Assembly (NCBI GenBank): GCA_964519985.1
Contig: CAZFMF010000018.1
Span: forward strand, 4,674-68,673
Source: an uncultured Pseudobdellovibrionaceae bacterium
Lineage (GTDB): Bacteria > Bdellovibrionota > FAC87 > UBA2466
Reading direction: 5' to 3'
DNA length: 64,000 bases
Every line of letters begins with the position of its first letter. The stretch's first letter is position 1. Under the pieces are notes generated by a model, which saw only the letters and a program-made list of their open reading frames with translations, was not told the DNA's origin and ran no database searches. This document shows positions 58,036 to 64,000 of the stretch, piece by piece. The position numbers were made by a program, and so were the translations under genes.

Positions 58036-58554
58036 TCAGCGCTTACGGCAGCGCAAAATGGAGGTGTCCGAGAAGCCGGGCGTGTTCAATGACTTAAAAA
58101 CCAAACCCTCAATCGAAGGATCCTCCTTCTCCAGCACCGCCATGCACTTATCGAGTGTCTTGAGCATCGGCAGCACGGTGAGGTGCGGAGAAATAAAATC
58201 GCGGGGAAGCAGAGCGTGCCGCTCCGGATACGTTAGGGCATCGAGCTCTTTGTCATCGATTTTCAGAACATCAAAGAGATAGAGCAGATTTTTCCCCTTG
58301 AGCCACTCGGCATCGATCACCGTCCAGCCGTCGCGGGGCTGGATCACGCGACGCAATTCTGCGGTGATGCTGTCCGGAATCTCTTTCTTGTGCAGAGTGC
58401 CGTGTCGCGTGTAAGCGATCGGCTCGACCATCGGATCGGACGGAAGGTGAATCTGGGCGCGGTGCCCATGAATTTTCAGTTGGCCCACCCAACCGGCCCG
58501 CAGGACTTTGGCAATGGCGAGGCTATCGGGACGAATCTCCGTCTTGGGGTGCAT
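58036..58554 (-). CDS. Minimal ATP-dependent DNA ligase-like nucleotidyltransferase domain (~170 aa)
   Basis: Motif I 'LKIHGHRAQ' (Kx[DH]GxR), motif III-like 'DAEW', IIIa 'LYLFDVL', and motif IV 'IEGLVFK'. No OB domain. The start is at the internal Met 'MHPKTEIRPD'. Confidence 0.55.
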   Translation of the reverse strand: MHPKTEIRPDSLAIAKVLRAGWVGQLKIHGHRAQIHLPSDPMVEPIAYTRHGTLHKKEIPDSITAELRRVIQPRDGWTVIDAEWLKGKNLLYLFDVLKIDDKELDALTYPERHALLPRDFISPHLTVLPMLKTLDKCMAVLEKEDPSIEGLVFKSLNTPGFSDTSILRCRKR

Positions 58555-58673
58555 CGGGCGCAGGAACCGGGAGGGAAACAAGATTCTCGTCCTCGCAAAA
58601 AGAAACGGTTCAAATATCCCCGGGGCGTTCATCCCCCCCAAAATAGGGGAAAGCAAACGCCGGAGCAAGCACG

Positions 58674-59282
58674 CTATTTAATGTAGTTCTTGATCTTCAG
58701 GGCCTTGAGGAGTGCGCGCATCTCCGCCGGAGTCTTGGCGTACTGCTTCGAAGTTTCCGCGGCTCCGGCTTTAGCCTTCATCAACATCGGCTTAAAAAGG
58801 TTTTCTAGGACGTCTTCGGGAAGCACTTGGAGTGCCTCGACGACAGCATCGTAGTTTGCTTCCAAAACCTTCGGATCAAACTTAATGCTGCCGAAATCGC
58901 GCGTGATCAATTCTTCTGCCGCCTTACGGCCCCATTTTTTTTCAATATCGGCAACGTCTTCTTCGGTGAGTCCGGCGCTGGCGTCCATGACGATGTAGGT
59001 CACCATGGTTTCATCGCCTAGGATCTTGAAAGACTTGCCCATGCCGTTGAAAAGGCGTTTCGTGTACTCCTCTTCGCCAAAGCGTAAGATCTGATCCTTG
59101 TGAATGGTCGCTTCGCCTTCAAAGTGCTTGGCCTGATCCTGCGCCTCACGGAAGGCATCAATCGCCGCCGCCACTTCTTCGGGTGGGGTTACGGTGTCAT
59201 TGAGCTTCTTCCCATCGGTCTCCCGAACTTTCCGGGTTTTGAAAGGGTCTTTTTTTGCTTTTTTCTCAGCCTTCGCCATTGT
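58674..59282 (-). CDS. Hypothetical Lys-rich protein in the ligase operon
   Basis: 'MAKAEKKAKKDPFKTRKVRETDGKK...'. No family recognised, and it does not resemble Ku. Confidence 0.4.
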   Translation of the reverse strand, partial: TMAKAEKKAKKDPFKTRKVRETDGKKLNDTVTPPEEVAAAIDAFREAQDQAKHFEGEATIHKDQILRFGEEEYTKRLFNGMGKSFKILGDETMVTYIVMDASAGLTEEDVADIEKKWGRKAAEELITRDFGSIKFDPKVLEANYDAVVEALQVLPEDVLENLFKPMLMKAKAGAAETSKQYAKTPAEMRALLKALKIKNYIK

Positions 59283-59385
59283 CTTCGCTCCACACAAAGC
59301 TTCCTGACAGTATCGGCAGAACGGGTCGCAAACTGAAAGGGAAAAACCACTAGAGCCCGTCATTGCGAACGCAGTGAAGCAACCC

Positions 59386-61557
59386 CTAGAGCTTTTTCAG
59401 GGCGCGGGACAAATTCGCCCGCCGGTCAAAGAGCGTGGCCCACAGATCGCCAAGCTTCTTGAGCCGGGCCGGCATCGTGTGAATGGTAAAAGCGCCCGGT
59501 TTCAGGCCCTTCTTCACTTCTTTCCAGTGCAGGGGAGCGGACACCGGGGCTCCGTTCCGTGGGCGCACGCAATAAGGTGCCGCCATCGTCGAGCCACGAC
59601 GATTCTGCATGAAGTCGAGATAAATACGCCCACGGCGTTTCGCCGGGTTTCTTTCTAGGCTCGTATTCTTCGGGAAACTGGCGTGGACCTTTTCGCAGAC
59701 CGCATGCGCAAACGCTCGGGTCGCATCAAAGTCGAGGCCCGGCTCCACCGGGATGTAGATGTGGATTCCGCTGGCGCCGGAAGTTTTCACGCCGTGCGGT
59801 GCGCCAATCCGGTCCAGTGCTTTGTGGACGGCTTGCGCCACTTCAATCACTTCATCAAAAGAGTTGGTATCGGGATCGAGATCGATGACGCAATAGTCCG
59901 GCGCGTCCAGCGTGGGCACTTTCGAGATCCAGGCGTTCAGTTCAATGCAGCCAAGATTGATTAGGTAGAGCAGGCTCTTTTCGTTTTGGCAGAGCAGGTA
60001 GTTGATCGTGCGCTGCGCCGAAGGGGAATAAACGCGGGTCATCTCGATGCCCTTGGGTACGTAACCCGTCACATCTTTTTGGTAAAAACTAGGCTTGGTG
60101 ATTCCGTTCGGGTGCCGATTCATCGATTGGGGGCGGTCCTTCAAATGTGGCAAGATGAACGGCGCAACCGCTCGGTAGTACTCAATCAGATTGCCTTTAG
60201 TGATTTTGTCCTTGGGGAAAAAAATTTTATCGAGGTGAGTAAGGGGCGGTTCATCGTTGACGGGCGCCTTTTTTCCCACTCGTTTTGGGGTAGCTCCCGA
60301 TAGCCCCGAGCGCAGCCACGCGTTCCCTGTTCCCGAAACGTAAGGGCTATCGAGATTGCGGGCCAGCCATTCTCCATCGGGTTGAGCGCCTTCCGCCTTA
60401 GCGACGACTAGAGGTTTCGCAAGTTTCAACGCCTCCAGCCGCTTCAACCGATCCCTCAGCGGCCGCTCGCGCAAATCCTCGCTGTTGGCATACAGCAAAT
60501 CAATGATTCGGTACTCCGCCTGTTTGCCGGCGCCTACGATTTCTCCGTCGACCACGAGTCCCGACCGGCCTTCCAAGGCCGTGACAATCTCGGGATACTT
60601 AGCGGAAAGCGGCAAGAGTTGGCGGGAGTGTAGCGAAGCGCGGCCATCCTCGGACTCTCCGATCGCACGAATCCCGCCGCCGAACGCGTCGAAACGCCAC
60701 TGTTTCCCCTCGGGCACTTCGCGCGCGACCGCCGGCAACATGGGTTTCAAACGCCGGGGCAACGTCGTTTTCGAGGCGGCGGGTGGCGGGGCCGGCCGAG
60801 AAACGGACGCCGTACGCTTCGGCTTTTTCAGCGGGGGCGCCTTCTTTCCCGCCTTTCCCCGTTTAGGCAGCCAGGTGATATTTTTCTTCAGCGAGTATTC
60901 GCGCACCTGCTCAAGTGAGCGACCGGAGGCCACCGACGTGTCCGGGATTTTCGCGATCTTTGAAACCGAAAAGGCATCGCGTTTTTTGACGAGCAACCAA
61001 GCCTTGCCGTTGCCTTTCTTCAATTGGATCAGCGCAAACTCCCCGCGGAGTTTGACGCCTTCAAGCAAGAAGGTGATATGACCCTTCGCCAACCCGTCTC
61101 GCATCGCTTTTTCGCTTTGTTTGCGGTCGGTCGAACCGCGTTCGAGGTAAGTGCCGGCATCCCAGAGCACGACGGTTCCGGCGCCGTAGTTGCCATCGGG
61201 AATCACCCCCTCGAAGGTGCCGTATTCAATTGGGTGATCTTCCACTTGCACGGCGAGGCGTTGATCCATGGGATTTAGTGACGGCCCTTTTGGGACAGCC
61301 CAGCTCTTGTAAACACCGTCGATTTCCAGGCGCAGGTCCCAATGCAAACGCGTCGCCGAATGCATTTGCACCACAAACCGAAGGTCCTTGGCGGGCTTGG
61401 CCTTACCGCCCTTCGGTTCGGGTGTTTGGTCGAACGATCGCTTGCGCTGGTACTCTTTCAGCTTCATGCCAGAAACTATAGCATCGCCTACGGATGGCGC
61501 TCCAATCGCGAATTTTGGAGCACTTTGCTCCAGTGCGGCTAGACAGAAGCCCGACAA
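59386..61557 (-). CDS. ligD: LigD-like multidomain NHEJ protein: N-terminal 3'-phosphoesterase, degenerate central ligase-like region, C-terminal primase-polymerase domain
   Basis: PE domain 'LRFVVQMHSATRLHWDLRLEIDGVYKSWAVPKGPSLNP...VEDHPIEYGTFEGVIPDGNYGAGTVVLWD'. Pol domain 'YCVIDLDP...VKTSGASGIHIYIP'. The central region has ligase motifs III ('VVDGEIV') and IIIa ('IIDLLY...ERPLRDRLKRLEAL'), but motif I is 'WRFDAFGGGIR', where the catalytic Lys and Asp are replaced. Confidence 0.8.
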   Translation of the reverse strand: MSGFCLAALEQSAPKFAIGAPSVGDAIVSGMKLKEYQRKRSFDQTPEPKGGKAKPAKDLRFVVQMHSATRLHWDLRLEIDGVYKSWAVPKGPSLNPMDQRLAVQVEDHPIEYGTFEGVIPDGNYGAGTVVLWDAGTYLERGSTDRKQSEKAMRDGLAKGHITFLLEGVKLRGEFALIQLKKGNGKAWLLVKKRDAFSVSKIAKIPDTSVASGRSLEQVREYSLKKNITWLPKRGKAGKKAPPLKKPKRTASVSRPAPPPAASKTTLPRRLKPMLPAVAREVPEGKQWRFDAFGGGIRAIGESEDGRASLHSRQLLPLSAKYPEIVTALEGRSGLVVDGEIVGAGKQAEYRIIDLLYANSEDLRERPLRDRLKRLEALKLAKPLVVAKAEGAQPDGEWLARNLDSPYVSGTGNAWLRSGLSGATPKRVGKKAPVNDEPPLTHLDKIFFPKDKITKGNLIEYYRAVAPFILPHLKDRPQSMNRHPNGITKPSFYQKDVTGYVPKGIEMTRVYSPSAQRTINYLLCQNEKSLLYLINLGCIELNAWISKVPTLDAPDYCVIDLDPDTNSFDEVIEVAQAVHKALDRIGAPHGVKTSGASGIHIYIPVEPGLDFDATRAFAHAVCEKVHASFPKNTSLERNPAKRRGRIYLDFMQNRRGSTMAAPYCVRPRNGAPVSAPLHWKEVKKGLKPGAFTIHTMPARLKKLGDLWATLFDRRANLSRALKKL

Positions 61558-61578
61558 TCGCGGACACTAAACTTCGAC

Positions 61579-62388
61579 ATGGGGAAACTGGGTGGGAAAA
61601 ATACGGTTCCTCCGTTGAGGAATCCCGTCGATTGGATTCGTTTCGAGTATTCCTCGCGACGAGCCAAGAACCCGCTTTATAGCTTGCGCGCTTTTGCCCG
61701 GCACCTGGCGATGGGTTCGGGACCGCTCTCGGAGATCCTCTTGAGCAAACGGACGCTAACGAAAAAGCAGGCGCTGCGAATCGCCGAACGTCTCGGCTAC
61801 TCCCCGTCGGACACCCAAAAGTTTGTTCAGGTCGTCGAAGGATCGAAGGTTCAAAAAAAGGCCGAGGCGACCGACTCTGCCTACCTGGCTCTCAATGAAG
61901 ATGTGTTCCAGGTGGTGGCGGATTGGTTCCATTACGCCATCCGCGAACTCGTAGGAACGGAAGGCTTTCGCGAAGACCCCCAATGGATAGCGCGGAGGTT
62001 GGGGCTTTCCACTACCGAAGTGCGCGGTGCTTGGGAACGCTTGGTTCGTCTGGGTTTGATCAAAAAGACGAAGCGGGGATGGGTTGCCGTCGATAAAGTC
62101 ACGACAACCCACGATGTTCCATCGTCGGCAATCCGCAAGTTCCACGAACAGGCGATTCTACGATCGGTCGAGAAGTTACGCGATGTACCAACAGAGTTGC
62201 GTGACATCACCTCGATTACCGTTTCCACCGATCCAGAGCTTTTGGCCGAAGCCAAAGCCGAGATCAAAAAGTTTCGTCGTAAGCTGGCGCTTCTACTCGA
62301 GCGCGGAAAAAAGACCGAAGTTTATCAATTGAACATTCAACTGGTTCCACTCACCAAGAAGGAGATCCGAGATGGATCGTCACATTAG
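61579..62388 (+). CDS. Hypothetical protein (TIGR02147/DUF4423-like)
   Basis: 269 aa with good coding statistics. No confident family. Confidence 0.35.
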   Translation: MGKLGGKNTVPPLRNPVDWIRFEYSSRRAKNPLYSLRAFARHLAMGSGPLSEILLSKRTLTKKQALRIAERLGYSPSDTQKFVQVVEGSKVQKKAEATDSAYLALNEDVFQVVADWFHYAIRELVGTEGFREDPQWIARRLGLSTTEVRGAWERLVRLGLIKKTKRGWVAVDKVTTTHDVPSSAIRKFHEQAILRSVEKLRDVPTELRDITSITVSTDPELLAEAKAEIKKFRRKLALLLERGKKTEVYQLNIQLVPLTKKEIRDGSSH

Positions 62389-64000
62389 GCTCAAATTGAA
62401 GTCGCTGTTTCTTTCCTTTTTCTTACTCGCCGGTTGCGGCAAGGGAAGTCAGGATATTGCCCAACCGCTCTTGGCGAGTGAGGTCGGTAACGGTGGGCAC
62501 TCGGTGGTTTGCCGTGATGAAGCGCAGAAAATCATTTCGGTTCGAATGCTGGACTTCTATGAAGCGAAGACCCTGCGCGATACCCATTTCGCATTAGGGG
62601 CAGATGAACTTTCGGTCGCCGAGAAGGTGAAGGTCGCTTTCGAAAGATTGAGCGAAGTCGATGCTGTTCGGGCAGCGGTATACCAAGAGCGTGCCGATAA
62701 GTTCCTGGAAAATACCCAATTCGTTCCGGGTCTAGCTCTTGGATCCACGAAAGACTATGGCTACATCAATATCCCTTCCTATTGCCGGGTGGAGCAGTTT
62801 GCGATTCAGAAGCCGCCGATCAAAGCGGGCGACAAACGGTACACGGTGAGCCTCGACCTTTGGGATCGTGCGGACCACAACCACCGCGCGGGCTTGGTCG
62901 TCCACGAAATTGTCTATCAAGACGCCATCGAAAGAGGCCATAAGGACTCCATTGCCACTCGGTATCTTACCGGAGTGATCACCTCGGCCGCCTTTGCGAA
63001 TATGGACGCTTCCGCCTACGGCGATCTGGTTGAGCGCCTGGACTTGGGGAAAGTCAGCGGAGGGCCAGGACCCGGACCTGGGCCCGGTGGAGGTGGAGGG
63101 CCTTTCGGTTGGTTAAAAGACCCGATCCGCTTACCCGACGCCTGCGTCGGCCAAACGGTGACCCACAGCTTCAGCCAGTGGGTGATCAATGGGGGAGGTG
63201 GCAATTTCAGTTACCGGGCGAACAACCAACCCGGATGGCTCTTTCTTACGGCAAGCGGGATACTGATGGGCAACCCTGGAGTGCAGGACATCGGTACCGC
63301 GCAGTTCGAAGCCACGGTGACTCTGCCCAGCGATCCGAGGCGAATCCATTCAACCACGGTCATCGTCAACGTGAAGGACTGCACCGTAAACAATCCCCGC
63401 GTGGCGCTGACGGTGCGGGTTGGGGGCTTGCTCGCCTACAATCTTAATGACGTCAAATTGATCCCGGGCGGTGGCAAAGGTTTTACGATGCTCTCGGGTC
63501 CCGCTTGGGCTTCCATTTCGAATGGACGATTGGTAGGGACGCCGAGAGAAACGGACGTCGGCATGAATGTATTTCAGATTCAAGCGGAACGCCTTTCGGA
63601 CGGTTCCACGTTTACGATCGAGGTGAGCGTGTCCGTGCCGGCGGTGCTCAAGATGCCGATTTGGAATCAGGATCCCATCGATTTGGGCAAAGTGGAGGTC
63701 GGAACGCCTTTTCAATACGATCTTGCGCCCCATGTCAGCAGCCAGAGTGGAGAACGATTGGTTTTCCGAGCGACCAATCTCCCATCGTGGTTGACGTTGG
63801 ATGCCTCGGGAAAGCTCAGAGGCACTCCCCAAGCGGTAGACGAAGGGAAGTGGACGGGCACGGTGCAGGTCTCGGATGGCTTGGGTACCGTTCCGGTGGG
63901 CGTTTTTGGCGAAGTGCCGTTGAAAGACCCGCCGATCGTTCCGACGTGCGTCCTCACCGCAACGCCAAGTTCGGTGGTCGTGGGGGAACATATCACCGTC
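62372..64000 (+). CDS. Partial (runs off the window edge) large lipoprotein with a Gly/Pro linker and repeated putative Ig-like (dystroglycan/cadherin-like) domains
   Basis: My translation from the ATG at 62372 ('MDRHIRLKLKSLFLSFFLLAGCGKG', lipobox LAGC) is stop-free to 64000. 'GGPGPGPGPGGGGGP' linker (~63060-63105). Repeated '...LPSWLTLDASGKLRGTP' units. Not in the ORF track because it lacks a stop. Confidence 0.6.
   Translation, partial: MDRHIRLKLKSLFLSFFLLAGCGKGSQDIAQPLLASEVGNGGHSVVCRDEAQKIISVRMLDFYEAKTLRDTHFALGADELSVAEKVKVAFERLSEVDAVRAAVYQERADKFLENTQFVPGLALGSTKDYGYINIPSYCRVEQFAIQKPPIKAGDKRYTVSLDLWDRADHNHRAGLVVHEIVYQDAIERGHKDSIATRYLTGVITSAAFANMDASAYGDLVERLDLGKVSGGPGPGPGPGGGGGPFGWLKDPIRLPDACVGQTVTHSFSQWVINGGGGNFSYRANNQPGWLFLTASGILMGNPGVQDIGTAQFEATVTLPSDPRRIHSTTVIVNVKDCTVNNPRVALTVRVGGLLAYNLNDVKLIPGGGKGFTMLSGPAWASISNGRLVGTPRETDVGMNVFQIQAERLSDGSTFTIEVSVSVPAVLKMPIWNQDPIDLGKVEVGTPFQYDLAPHVSSQSGERLVFRATNLPSWLTLDASGKLRGTPQAVDEGKWTGTVQVSDGLGTVPVGVFGEVPLKDPPIVPTCVLTATPSSVVVGEHITV

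Noticed and set aside
58674-59282. Possibility that the Lys-rich 200-aa protein in the ligase operon is a divergent Ku
   Set aside because: There is no resemblance to the Ku N-terminal 'WKGxISFGLV' β-barrel signature. The composition is helical and acidic after the Lys-rich N-terminus.

Overview
This is a high-GC bacterial chromosomal segment with a Gram-negative-type envelope: it encodes TolC-like, OmpA-like and β-barrel outer-membrane proteins, an exosortase-like protein and lipoproteins. I found no rRNA, tRNA or CRISPR. Genes are tightly packed, and many neighbours overlap by 4 nt (ATGA or GTGA).

Recognisable housekeeping genes are a UvrD/PcrA helicase, gatC-gatA-gatB, gmd, an aldo/keto reductase, a bolA–grxD pair, aguA–aguB, an RND pump with a TolC-like partner and a TetR regulator, a MarC-family protein, and YaiI and DUF72 proteins.

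The dominant theme, roughly 11.9–27.3 kb and again at 33.4–34.9 and 53.4–55.6 kb (plus the unlisted edge ORF at 1–1115), is an unusually dense concentration of glycoconjugate-biosynthesis genes:
- At least five or six large polytopic GT-C-like membrane proteins, three of them 675–852 aa with C-terminal soluble domains, one with the Alg9/PIG-B-type HKEERF motif.
- Four GT2 (polyprenyl-phosphate-sugar-synthase-like) enzymes.
- A six-gene, translationally coupled operon: FAD oxidoreductase → GtrB-like GT2 → GT2 → NAD epimerase → TIM-barrel sugar isomerase → 852-aa GT-C-like protein. By analogy to the mycobacterial DprE1/DprE2 pathway and the Emb/Aft transferases, this looks like a pathway that makes and modifies a lipid-linked sugar donor and hands it to periplasmic GT-C transferases.
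- Several SAM methyltransferases, including one FkbM-type enzyme and one Zn-ribbon–methyltransferase–PqqD-like fusion.

Other notable items:
- An NHEJ-like operon in which the LigD-like protein keeps its phosphoesterase and polymerase domains but has a degenerate ligase motif I; a separate mini-ligase lies nearby and no Ku is present.
- A candidate toxin/immunity pair.
- A lower-GC DNA methyltransferase + MazG islet.
- An RND pump and outer-membrane factor with no membrane-fusion protein.
- Putative TetR operators.
- A bidirectional terminator-like inverted repeat.

Manual indexing of the sequence drifts by about 1 nt after ~28 kb, so coordinates follow the supplied ORF track. Every functional call is based on motif and architecture recognition only; no database search was possible.
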